From Octopus sinensis (taxonomy: Eukaryota): a stretch of DNA of 64,000 bases. Location: positions 2,480,001 through 2,544,000 of the forward strand of contig NC_043014.1 of NCBI RefSeq assembly GCF_006345805.1. The letters run 5' to 3'. A model generated the notes under the pieces. The model did not search any database. It worked only from the letters and a program-made list of their open reading frames with translations, and was not told where the DNA came from. Below are positions 1 to 12,889 of this stretch, piece after piece; position 1 is the first letter of the stretch; every line of letters starts with the position of its first letter. A program made the position numbers and the translations under genes.

Positions 1-287
1 GCACCATCCGACCGTGGCCGTTGCCAGCTTCGTCTGGTCTCCGTGCTGGTGGCATGTAAAAGCACCATCCGATCGTGGCCGTTTGCCAGCCTCGTCTGGC
101 ACGTAAAAAGCACCCACTACACTCACAGAGTGGTTGGCACTAGGAAGGGCATCCAGCTGTAGAAACACTGCCAGATCAGACTGGGCCTGGTGCAGCCTTC
201 TGGCTTCCCAGACCCCAGTTGAACCGTCCAACCCATGCTAGCATAGAAAGGGGACGCTAAACGATGATGATGATGATGACACTTTGT
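1..287 (+). mobile_element. SINE / RTE 3'-end family A ((GAT)n tail)
   Basis: GGCACGTAAAAAGCACC repeats, GGAAGGGCATCCAGCTGTAGAAAC, CCAACCCATGCTAGCAT, (GAT)n. Other copies: ~12300-12622(+), 19905-20290(+), 24430-24945(+), 27810-28105(+), 28495-28900(-), 33325-33660(-), 39065-39390(-), 51810-52140(-), 53650-53885(-), 61035-61350(-). Confidence 0.85.
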
Positions 288-635
288 GGGTTCAGAGGTG
301 GCTTATTTGGGACAATATTGGCACAAAATCCACAATTGCAATGGGGGCATGTAAGAGCAGAGTCAAGACCTGGCAGGAAACTTGCTTTCCGTGCAACCCT
401 CCACTCCTTAGCTTTTCTGGTCAGAATGAATCCTGAATGCTGTGCTCCAGGGTACACTGCACAATGGTACAACAGAAAAAAAAAAAAAAGCAATCAACCA
501 TGACACATACACAGTGCCAAACCAATCAACCATACGCGCCCATACACTGCAGTGTTTCTTGAAAGCTAAGAGTAAAGATTTTGTGAGAAAATAAAAAAAA
601 AAGAAAAGGGTGGGGTAGTTAAAACTCCAACATAC

Positions 636-741
636 CAGAAATTTCTAAAGATGTGACATGTCTTGCTCTCAGACCACTTTGGTTCGGTGAATCATAGCGT
701 GATGAATCGTTAAGACGATAGGAAGTGTTTAAACTGTCGTT
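636..741 (-). CDS. TMEM209: TMEM209 coding exon, 106 nt (not in the ORF track); gene continues beyond the left edge
   Basis: ttttttttattttctgtag / GTATGT. Phase-0 start gives NDSLNTSYRLNDSSRYDSPNQSGLRARHVTSLEIS, matching the TMEM209 motif SSGLRSRY. Confidence 0.8.
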
Positions 742-886
742 CTACAGAAAATAAAAAAAAAAGGAGTTAATAACTACTCGTTACTTACTGCAGTAATTGG
801 GTTTCCAAGCTTTAGTGTGGACAGCATTTACAGTTATGGAGGCAGGACAAAGAATAATGTATATGAATGTGTGCACATATATATAT

Positions 887-931
<45 letters not shown>

Positions 932-1391
932 CTTTTACTTGTTTCAGTCATTTGACTGTGGCCATGCTGGAGCACCGCCTTTAGTCGAGCAAATCGACCC
1001 CGGGACTTATTCTTTGTAAGCCCAGTACTTATTCTATCGGTCTCTTTTTGCCAAACTGCTAAGTGACGGGGACGTAAACACATCAGCATCGGTTGTCAAG
1101 CAATGCTAGGGGGACAAACACAGACACACACATATATATATACATATATACGACAGGCTTCTTTCAGTTTCCGTCTACCAAATCCACTCACAAGGCATTG
1201 GTCAGCCCAGGGCTATAGCGGAAGACACTTGCCCAAGATGCCACGTAGTGGGACTGAACCCGGAACCATGTGGCTGGTTAGCAAGCTACTTACCACACAG
1301 CCACTCCTGCACCTACATTTAAATATTTGTACATTTAAATATTTGTTGTGTAAGATTTTTTATGTGAAGTCGTATGTTGAAACAGACATTG

Positions 1392-1922
1392 TTATATTTC
1401 GGAATGGTCATATTGCCAGTTTAGCCAATAAAAACACACGCACTATATATTTGGTGTTATTTTGCTTCAGTGATATTTATTTTTTACATTAATCTTAATC
1501 TTATTTCGGCCAGGGTTCTCTCGTCACACTCCTGTGACCGCATCAGTGGTCCTTTGTTTTCTTCTTTCTTATTTGTTTGTGTCTCTCCTTACTAACCGTC
1601 AGCCATTTTGTATTTCTATTGTATGTCTTTATTTGCGCACTAAATAAACATAAACGCACATAGAGATATAAGCATGAGCAAATGAAGACATACAATAGAA
1701 ATACAAAATGGCTGACGGTTATTAGGGAGAGACACACAAATAAGAAAGAAGAAAGCAAAGGACCACTGATGCGGTCACAGGAGTGTGACGAAAGAACTCT
1801 GGCCGAAATAAGATTAAAATTAATGTAAAAAATAAATATCACTGAAGCAAAATAACACCAAATATATAGTGCGTGTGTTTTTATTGACTAAACTGACAAT
1901 ATGACCATTCCGAAATATATCA
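1392..1922. repeat. Diverged inverted repeat (~245-bp arms, ~40-bp spacer) of the H1 element
   Basis: 1392-1637 is the approximate reverse complement of 1677-1922, with scattered substitutions. Confidence 0.9.
1760..1804 (+). ncRNA. Hammerhead-like motif, family H1 (A9>C variant); degenerate inverted copy at 1508-1552
   Basis: GGACCA-CUGAUGC-G-GUCAC(AGGAGU)GUGAC-GAAA-G(AA)C-UC-UGGCC. Confidence 0.5.
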
Positions 1923-2350
1923 ATATATATATATATTTAAATTAACGAAATCTTGGGCTGATGACAGGAATGTTGGAATAGGTATGTATTTCTAGCCTCC
2001 CTATATCTAACTAACCCACAAACGCGTTCTCAATTAATCAATTTACAAGTGATCTTTCGTTATTTTTCCCTCTATACCCATCTGTAATGTTTTTGAGTAT
2101 ACATTGTCTGGGAGACTCTTCTTATAGTAGAAGAAATAGCTAAATTCTTTGGCTGCTATTTCTAAAAGTTCAGTATGTGGTAAAGTAAATTTTTTTTGCT
2201 GAACCCTAATTATATAAAGTATATATATATATATATATACGTATATATGTATATATATATATATGTAGGTCCCGGGTTGATCCGGGGTTAACCACAGTAA
2301 GTAAGGTACTCAATACATAGCAGAGTAAAATTAATTTATTATATAGAAGG

Positions 2351-2401
2351 AGCTTCTACAGGACTAGTACTGTTTCATTCAAGAGAAATCTTCAGGAAGC
2401 T
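2351..2401 (-). ncRNA. Type I hammerhead ribozyme fold, family H2 (mirror copy)
   Basis: Exact reverse complement of 8491-8541. Confidence 0.7.
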
Positions 2402-2745
2402 ATTTAACAAGAATTGTATTAGCATTTATACATTTAGGCAGGTTTAAAGGAGTGGTGGTGGGGGACTTTTTTGGGGGTAGGCATAGCGCAAAATATCATA
2501 CTTGGGGGAGTGGTCAAGGAGTCAGTGGTAAGTTAGATGAAAGAATAGATAAATAAAAAAATAAAATAAAAATAAAAAAATAAAAATAAAAAATAAAAAA
2601 TAAAAAAAAAATAAAAAAAAAATAAAAAATAAAAAAATAAAATAAAAAAATAAAAAATAAAATGTGTGCACATACATACATAAACACATATACATACACA
2701 CACACATACGTACACATGTGTGCCTATACATACCTACACATACAC

Positions 2746-2814
<69 letters not shown>

Positions 2815-3138
2815 ATCAAATACAGGCCCATTCCCTAATTTTAATTTTATTATCTTCATTTATTACTTTTGTTATCTTTGATCGCTAGGGCTAAGGATCC
2901 TGGCGATGGCAGCATGTCCAATTGTCTGTCTACTAGAAGGCAAGTACTCGTTCCCGCACGCACACTCATTAGCACGTACATACACCCATTCGTACACTCA
3001 TACACATACACGTACGCACGCGTTATATTCATACATACAAACATCTACATACGTTCACGTATATACACATACGTACTCGTACCTACAGATTCATGTCTAC
3101 ACTTTAGGAGGCTAGTCTATATATATACACCAATAATA

Positions 3139-3185
<47 letters not shown>

Positions 3186-3554
3186 TACACACCCACACAC
3201 ACATATATATACTCCTACATACAGATACCATACCCATATATATATACACACATACACACATACATATATATATTATATATATATATACAACATACATATA
3301 TATATATATATATTATATATATATATATAATACATACATACACACACACATATATATACACACACATACATACACATATATATACATACACAAACATATA
3401 TACACACATATATATATATATACATATATACACACATACATACACACACCTACATACATATACACACAAACACATACATACGTAAACATACATACATACA
3501 TCCATACATCCATACTTACATGCATTTATACGCATCATACACCCCCAACTATAT

Positions 3555-3612
<58 letters not shown>

Positions 3613-4101
3613 CTCACACATACATATACAAATATACGCCCACACATACATACATACACGTATACGCATACACGCACATACACATATACATGCGTACCCA
3701 TACACGTGCACACACGCACATGCATCCATATATATAACACACACACACATATATACACGTGTGCAAGCATACATACATACTCATACACGCACACATAACT
3801 TACATACATAATGCACACACTTACACACATATATACATACACATATACATGCATCATACATATATGCATACATACACATACACGCACATACACATATACA
3901 CATGCGTACCCATACACGTGCACGCACGCACGCGCATCCATATATATACACACACACACATTATATACACGTGTGCAAGCATACATACATACTCATACAC
4001 GCGCACATACTTACATATACATATATGCACACACTTACACCATATATACATACACATATACATGCATACATACATATGCATACATACACACACGCGCACT
4101 C

Positions 4102-4132
<31 letters not shown>

Positions 4133-4229
4133 CATATATACACATATATATATAACATAATATACACAAACATATATATACACATATACACATACACATA
4201 CATGCACACCTACACACACATACACATAC

Positions 4230-4272
<43 letters not shown>

Positions 4273-4358
4273 TATACACATTACATACATATATACACAC
4301 ATACATACATATACATACGCACACACATACATATATACACGGATACACATACCCATAC

Positions 4359-4394
<36 letters not shown>

Positions 4395-5541
4395 GTATAC
4401 ACATGCATATACTTATATCTCTACATACTCACATATAAACATATATATATATACACACACACATATATAACATGTACACACACATACACATATACATACA
4501 CATATACACATACACACATACATACATTATATATATATACACATACTATATATATACATACAATATATATATATATAATATATATATATATACATATACC
4601 CCACATATATACATATATATACACACATATATACACACACACACACACATACATATACACATATACATGTATACATACGCAATAATGATACACATATATA
4701 CACATACACACACACAGACAGATGCATATACATACATATATATATATATATAAATAAATTACATATCTATATAAATACATACATAATACACATATACACA
4801 TACATATATACATACATATACATACACATATATATAATATATATACATATACATATATATACATACATATACCACATATATATACACACATACATACACT
4901 GCACATACATATACAAATATACATACATATACATACACACACACACGCGCGCACATACATATACACACACACATGTACAAATACATACATACACACAATA
5001 CACACACACACATATATATACATACATGTACACATATACATACATATATATATCACAAGGGAGGTGTGAAGTTAATTAGGTATTAATCAAATTCACCAAG
5101 AATTCAGTATGTAAAGGGACCATTATTATTTTGAGTAAACAATGTTAGAGGGAAAAAAATTCTCTAAGTAGTGGAAGAGGCTAAAAACCTTTATTGGCTG
5201 CTATTTCTAGAAAGTTTAGTATGTGGCAAAGTAATTATTTTATTTTACTAAGCCCTAATTATATAATATTTATACATACATACACATACAAAAACACATA
5301 CATTTACACGTATATACACATATACATACAAACACACATATACATATATACACACACACACACACATACAAGCACATACATATATATATATATACATATA
5401 TATTCATATATGCAAACATATATACATATATATATTTTTTTACATGCATACATACATATACGCATATACGCATGTATTATGTGTGTGTGTGTGTATGTAT
5501 GCATGTAAAAAAATATATATATGTATATATGTTTGCATATA

Positions 5542-5578
<37 letters not shown>

Positions 5579-6517
5579 GCTTGTATGTGTGTGTGTGTGT
5601 GTATATATGTATATGTGTTTGTATGTATATGTGTATATACGTGTAAATGTATGTGTTTTTGTATGTGTATGTATGTATAAAATATTATATAATTAGGGCT
5701 TAGTAAAATAAAATAAATTACTTTGCCACATACTAAACTTTCTAGAAATAGCAGCCAATAAAGGTTTTTAGCCTCTTCCACTACTTAGAGAATTTTTTTC
5801 CCTCTAACATTGTTTACTCAAAATAATAATGGTCCCTGTACATACTGAATTCTGGTGAATTTGATTAATAACTATTAACTTCACCCTCCCTTTTGATTAT
5901 ATATATGTATGTATATGTGTACATGTATGTATATATATGTGTGTGTGTGTATGTGTGTATGTATGTATTTGTACATGTGTGTGTGTATATGTATGTGCGC
6001 GCGTGTGTGTGTATGTATGTGTATGTATATTTGTATATGTATGTGCATGTGTATGTATGTGTGTATATATATGTGTATATGTATGTATATATATGTATAT
6101 GTATATATATGTATATATATGTGTATGTATATGTATGTATATATGTGTGTGTATATGTGTATTATGTATGTATTTATATAGATATGTAATTTATTTATAT
6201 ATATATATATATGTATGTATATGCATCTGTCTGTGTGTGTGTATGTGTATATGTATGTGTGTGTGTGTGTGTGTATATATGTGTGTATATATATGTATAT
6301 ATGTGGGGGTATATGTATTATATAATATATATATATATATTATATATATATATGTATGTATATATATATGTATGTGTATATATATATGTATGTATGTGTG
6401 TATGTGTATATGTGTATGTATATGTGTATGTGTGTGTACATGTATATATATGTGTGTGTGTATATATATATGTTTATATGTGAGTATGTAGAGATATAAG
6501 TATATGCATGTGTATAC

Positions 6518-6574
<57 letters not shown>

Positions 6575-6664
6575 GGTATGTGTATCCGTGTATATATGTA
6601 TGTGTGTGCGTATGTATATGTATGTATGTGTGTATATATGTATGTGTATATGTGTATATATGTG

Positions 6665-6695
<31 letters not shown>

Positions 6696-6788
6696 GTATG
6701 TGTATGTGTGTGTAGGTGTGCATGTATGTGTATGTGTATATGTGTATATATATGTTTGTGTATATATATGTATATATATATATGCGTA

Positions 6789-6833
<45 letters not shown>

Positions 6834-7324
6834 GAGTGCGCGTTTGTGTATGTATGCAATATATTATGTATGCATGTATATGGTATGTATATATGTGTGT
6901 ATGTGTGCATATATGTATAGTAAGTATGTGCGCGTGTATGAGTATGTATGTATGCTTGCACACGTGTATATATATGTGTGTGTGTGTGTATATATATGGA
7001 TGCGCGTGCGTGCGTGCACGTGTATGGGTACGCTGTGTATATGTGTATGTGCGTGTATGTGTATGTATGCAATATGTATGTATGCATGTATATGTGTATG
7101 TATATGTGTGTAAGTTGTGCATATTGTATATGTAAGTATGGTGTGCGTGTCTGAGTATGTATGTATGCTTGCACACGTGTATATATGTGTGTGTGTGTGT
7201 ATATATATGGATGCATGTGCGTGTGTGCACGTGTATGGGTCGCCATGTATGTGTATGTGCGTGTATGCGTATACTGTATGTATGTATGTGTGGGCGTATA
7301 TTTGTATATGTATGTGTGAGTGTG

Positions 7325-7364
<40 letters not shown>

Positions 7365-7582
7365 TTATATATATATATATAGTTGGGGGTGTATGTATGG
7401 TTATAAATGCATGTAAGTATGGATGTATGGATGTATGTATGTATGTTACGTATGTATGTGTTTGTGTGTATATGTATGTAGGTGTGTGTATGTATGTGTG
7501 TATATATGTAATATATATATATGTGTGTATATATGTTTGTGTATGTATATATATGTGTATGTATGTGTGGTGTATATATATG

Positions 7583-7675
<93 letters not shown>

Positions 7676-7745
7676 TTGTGTATATATATATGGGTATGTA
7701 TCTGTGTATGTAGGAGTATATATATGTGTGTGTGTGTGTGTATGT

Positions 7746-7786
<41 letters not shown>

Positions 7787-8134
7787 TTATTGGTGTATAT
7801 ATATAGACTAGCCTCCTAAAGTGTAGACATGAATCTGTAGGTACGAGTACGATGTGTATATACGTGAACGTATGTAGATGTTTGTATGTATGAATATAAC
7901 GCGTGCGTACGTGTATGTTTATGAGTGTACGAATGGGTGTATGTACGTGCTAATGAGTGTGCGTGCGGGAACGAGTACTTGCCTTCTAGTAGACAGACAA
8001 TTGGACATGCTGCCATCGCCAGGATCCTTAGCCCTAGCGATCAAAGATAACAAAGTAATAAATGAAGATAATAAAATTAAAATTAGGGATGGCCTGTATT
8101 TGATTGTGTATATATATTATATATATATATATAT

Positions 8135-8166
<32 letters not shown>

Positions 8167-8490
8167 TATGTATGTGTGTATGTGTAGGTATGTATAGGCA
8201 CACATGTGTACGTATGTGTGTGTGTATGTATATGTGTTTATGTATGTATGTGCACACATTTTATTTTTTTTTTTTATTTTATTTTTTTTTTTTTTTTATT
8301 ATTTTTTTTTATTTTTATTTTTTATTTTTTTTTATTTTTTTATTTATCTATTCTTTCATCTAACTTACCACTGACTCCTTGACCACTCCCCCAGTATGAT
8401 ATTTTGCGCTATGCCTACCCCCAAAAAGTCCCCCACCACCACTCCTTTAAAACTGCCTAAATGTATAAATGCTATACAATTCTGTTAAAT

Positions 8491-8541
8491 AGCTTCCTGA
8501 AGATTTCTCTTGAATGAAACAGTACTAGTCCTGTAGAAGCT
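8491..8541 (+). ncRNA. Type I hammerhead ribozyme fold, family H2
   Basis: AGCUUC-CUGAAGA-UUUC(UCUU)GAAU-GAAA-CAG(UACUAGUC)CUG-UA-GAAGCU. Intact core, 6-bp stem I, 4-bp stem III, GUA cleavage triplet. Confidence 0.7.
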
Positions 8542-8693
8542 CCTTCTATATAATAAATAAAATATATATATATATATATATATATATACGTATATATGTA
8601 TATAGCTATGCATGTATCGGTACAGGACGTCACATTCCACTCGTTATGTGGGAGAGGTGTACTAATTCCCTACAAAAGTATATATGTGTATGC

Positions 8694-8734
<41 letters not shown>

Positions 8735-9060
8735 TGGATAGATAGATAGATAGATATAGATATACATACGTACATACACACACATTTTTTCAAGTGGCCA
8801 CAACCAAGATGTATTTACAATGCAATATGTGTGTGTGTGTGTGTGTGTATGTGTGTATGTGCTCGTATTTGCCTCTGACCATTTACTAACTGGTGTTGGT
8901 TTGTTTACATCCACCCATAACAGCAAAAAGAAAACTGATACAATAAATACTGAACTTAAATAAAATAAGTATTGGGTGCAATGATATTTTCTAAACCCTT
9001 CAAGCTTGGACTCAACCCAATGACAAAAACAAAGAAAAAATCAAACAAAAGAACACTCAC

Positions 9061-9401
9061 TGCACTGTCTGATGACCAGTAGGTTGGTGATGAGTGATTG
9101 CTGGAATAACTGTAGTGTAACGAACCGGAACTGACATTAGGGGTGTGACTAGAGTAAGTACTGGACATGGGGCTGTGGTACCTTGGAGATGAACCAGGAG
9201 GACTGTGAGAAGACTTACTACCAGAACCGGGTGTGTAATATATTGATGAGCCAGCACCAGGTGGGGTGTGACTCCCCGAATAGCTGTGGGGCTGGGACGA
9301 GCCACTGCAATTAAACATCAGTTTGGTTGGAGTTGACGATGACACGTTTGGTTTCAAAGGAGAGATTTTGAATCCAGGATCTGAAAGCAGAGATGGCGCT
9401 A
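9061..9401 (-). CDS. TMEM209: TMEM209 coding exon, 341 nt (Ser/Pro-rich region)
   Basis: tccttctttcaag / GTGAGT. Open frame VAPSLLSDPGFK...SSDSA, Ser/Pro/Gly/Tyr-rich as in the TMEM209 mid region. Phase 1 in, phase 0 out. Confidence 0.85.
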
Positions 9402-9514
9402 CTTGAAAGAAGGAATCACTTAGGATGGAGGTTAACAATTTACAAAGCATTATTGCAATGGAATTGGAAAGACAAGTGCAGAAGTCCAAGAAAATATTGG
9501 AAACGAAAACTGAC

Positions 9515-9646
9515 CTGTGTCATTAACTCCAAGCAAAGTCTTCTGTTTTGGTGTTAGCTCTATCTGGCTACCCAGAATATAGGGCCACATCCAACAGACT
9601 AAGTCCACCAGGGTATTCAGACAGAACAGCAAAAAAAAGACAGATT
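9515..9646 (-). CDS. TMEM209: TMEM209 coding exon, 132 nt (TM segment)
   Basis: tttttttttatag / GTCAG. Encodes ESVFFLLFCLNTLVDLVCWMWPYILGSQIELTPKQKTLLGVNDT, similar to ELALASLFSLNALFDF...VSPGQQTLLGL. Confidence 0.92.
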
Positions 9647-10824
9647 CTATAAAAAAAAATAAATCAAAACAATGAGGTCAATTAAGAGTAGAAAAACTGG
9701 GTATCATTTAATAATAATAATAATAATAATAATCCATTTTGCTACAGGTACATGGCCTGAAATTTGGGGGAGGGGATAATCAATTTCATCACACACACAC
9801 CCCATCCCCAGTGTTTCACTGGTTTTTAATTTATTGATCCCATAAGGAAGAAAGGCAAAGTTGACCTTGGCGGAATTCAAACTCAGAACATAACGGCAGA
9901 CAAAATACCTATTTCTTTATTACCCACAAGAGGCTAAACATAGAGAGGACAAACAAGGACAGAGAAAGGGATTAAGTTGATTATATCAACCCCAGTGCGT
10001 AACTGGTACTTAATTTATCGACCCCGAAAGGATGAAAGGCAAAGTCGACATCGGCGGAATTTGAACTCAGAACATAGAGGAAGACGAAATACCGCTAACG
10101 ATTCTGCTTTCTATTAGGACAAGGAGTCTGGTAAACTGGCAGAACCACGAGCACACCAGACAAAATATTTGGCAGGATTTCATCCGTCTTTATGTTCTGG
10201 ACCCAAATTCCACCATGGTCAACTTCAGCTTTCAGCGGGTTAAGAAAACCAGTACTAGTCAAGTAACAGGGGTCAATGTAATTGATTAGACCCCCCCCCC
10301 CGCCTCATCTCTCCCCTCAAAAACCATTGGCACTGTGCCAAAATTTGTAACTATTATAGGTACAATGCTGGAAATTCTGTGTAAAGTGGTAAATTGATTC
10401 CATCAAGTCCAATGTTGAATTGGTACTTTGTCTTATGAACCCCAAAAGGATATAAAAAATTAAATTCACTGCAGCAGGATTTGAACTTGGAATGTAAAGA
10501 ACCAGAAAAAATGCTGCTAGGCCCTCTGTCTGACATGCTAACAATTCTGCCAGATTGCTGCCTAAATAATAATTCTTCCCAATTTTGGCACAAGGCCAGC
10601 AATTTCGAGGAGGGGGAGGCAACTCAATTGCTGGTGCCGCATAAAAAGCACCCAGTACACAATGTAAAGTGGTTGACATTAGGAAGGACATGCAGTCATA
10701 GAAACCATACCAAAGCAGACACTGGAGTTTGATGCAGTTCCTACTGAACTGCCCAATCCATGCCAATGAAAGACAGATGATAAATGATGATGATGCAAAT
10801 AATAAAAAAGGGAAGGGAACTTAC

Positions 10825-10883
10825 CTGCATACCATAAATTAGGATAAGAAACTTCAAAATATTGTTGTATGGCAAAGTAACGT
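10825..10883 (-). CDS. TMEM209: TMEM209 coding exon, 59 nt
   Basis: ttctttccacag / GTAAGT. Encodes RYFAIQQYFEVSYPNLWYA, similar to human ISSYYNVTYWPLWYI. Phases 2 and 1 fit both neighbours. Confidence 0.9.
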
Positions 10884-11439
10884 CTGTGGAAAGAAGCAAG
10901 ATGTTTAGTGAGAAATATTTCAACATAATAGAAATATGTGGAGATGTTTTTAAAGAATATTTTATCAACAGAACAGGTAATTAAAATTTTACCAAACTCA
11001 TCTTTTGTGTTATAATTAATTCCTGATAGGAGGCTTTGTGGAAGAGTTTGGTATTTGCTTTGCAAGAGAAAACATTTCTTCTCTTCCTCACTCCCAGATA
11101 GATAAAAAGGTACAGTTTAATAATTGAAAATATATAATTTTTCTCTCCACACAGCAAACGAATAAACCAAACTCTTCTAAGAACTCTCCTATAAATTTAT
11201 TGTTCCCATAAAATAGGTGCAGATGTTGTTAAGGAGTTTGCTCCCTAACCAAATGGAGCATGCTACCTTCATTTCTCTCCAGTCTACACATGTCTTCTTC
11301 ATTCAGAACCCACGTCTCACTACCCTGGAGTACAGCCATTCACACACAAGCATCATATAGTCTACCTTTCACTCTGAGAGAGAGTCCTTTTGTTGCCAAC
11401 AGAGGCAATAGCTCTCTGAACTTCCTTCATCCAATTCTT

Positions 11440-11690
11440 ATTCTATTCTAGAAACAATGCTTTCAGAGCATCCTCCACCATTGCTAATTTGGTCACCTAG
11501 GTAACAGAAACTATCTAAAACCTCAAGAGAGCCTCCTGGGCATTTGAGAGGATCTAAGTCCCGTGTGCTCTGAGTGCTTATTGTTCCTGCACATCTACCA
11601 CATACAAAGACTACTTCATCTGTTAATCTACTGGTGCAAAATGGATGTTGAGCACAGGAGTTGTGTAAACTAAGTTTACGCTCCACATAG
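11440..11690 (-). mobile_element. RTE LINE internal remnant
   Basis: FVCGRCAGTI...LEVLDSFCYLGDQISNGGGCSES. Confidence 0.75.
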
Positions 11691-12714
11691 CTACACAGGC
11701 TCAAAAGAAAAGTTGTATATTTCTTTACTATCCACAAGGGGCTAAACATAGAGGGGACAAACAAAGGGATTAAGTCGATTACATCGACCCCAGTGCGAAA
11801 CTGGTACTTTATTTATCGACCCCGAAAGGATGAAAGGCAAAGTCTACCTCGGCGGAATTTGAACTCAGAACGTAACATCAGACGAAATACCTCTAAGCAT
11901 TTCGCCCGGCGCGCTAACGTTTCTGCCTGCTCGCCGCCTTTCAAAAGAAAAGTTGTAATGATGATGATGATGATGACCATCATTAAAATATTAATATTAA
12001 AATATTTTAACATTTTGATTGTTAAATTTATTGCATAAGCATTTTGCAATGCGAGAGGAAGTCTAGCTGAAATTTAAATGAAATTACATGTGACCATGGC
12101 AACTAAATAGTGAAGAAATGGGCAAAAAATATAGATTTATTGAATGAGTCACATCTGAATGATAACAATAACTTAATTGTTGATTCAAGAAAGAGCAAGT
12201 GAGTGGGTAAGTTGAACAGTAGCAAAGAAATGAAATGATATACAACAGACGCTGAAAATGGACATTGAGCACAGGCCCTGTGCAAATTAAGTTTACACAC
12301 CACGTAAAAAGGCACGTAAAAAGCAGCATCCGAATCGTGGCCGAAGCCAGTGCCGCCTCGACTGGCTTCTGTGCCGGTGGCACGTAAAAAGCACCAATCC
12401 GACCGTGGCCAATGCCAGCCTCGCCTGGCACCTGTGCAGGTGGCACGTAAAAAGCACCCACTACACTCACGGAGTGGTTGGCGTTAGGAAGGGCATCCAG
12501 CTGTAGAAACACTGCCAGATAAGACTGGAGCCTGGTGCAGCCTTCTGGCTTCCCAGATCCCCGGTCGAACCATCCAACCCATGCTAGCATGGAGAACGGA
12601 CGTTAAACGATGATGATGATGATAGCTAGACGGGTTCAGAAGAAAAGCCGTAGTATTTAATTATTATTATCATCATTATACAAATTACATGGAAACATGC
12701 TGTAAACCATACAG

Positions 12715-12885
12715 TTCTATATTTAAGAGATGAGGAATTATTTCCATTATTTACATTTGATGGATATTTGTCCTCATCTTGTCTGTTGTTGAAACAACAT
12801 TTCGGCTGATATACCCTCCACCCTTCATCGGGTATCTTGGGGAAATTTCGAACCTGGGTTCTCATTCCTAAGGTATTCTTCGATA
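12715..12885 (-). mobile_element. Inverted, more decayed copy of the H3 element
   Basis: Reverse complement of the array unit plus tail. The core reads CCGATGA and stem II is mismatched. Confidence 0.85.
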
Positions 12886-12889
12886 ATAA

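Larger units (their letters stand above)
2333..8558. repeat. ~6.2-kb inverted repeat (arms ~3.1 kb, centre ~5460-5490) in a TMEM209 intron
   Basis: Unique segments mirror each other: 2333-2550/8345-8558, 2810-3120/7808-8110 and 5055-5270/5690-5890. Long degenerate (AT)/(AC) tracts lie between them. Confidence 0.92.

Noticed and set aside
1958-1985. CTGATGA followed by CAGGAATG
   Set aside because: No stem II-GAAA arrangement follows.
2514-8363. Dozens of Y/I/C/V/M/H/T-rich ORFs (also at 15-16.5 kb, 44.7-45.6 kb, 55.8-56.1 kb, 59.5-60.2 kb)
   Set aside because: Translations of (AT)/(AC) microsatellites, which lack stop codons. Not genes.
8956-9489. 177-aa ORF as a stand-alone gene
   Set aside because: Only 9061-9401 is exonic (TMEM209). 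The flanks are intron read-through.
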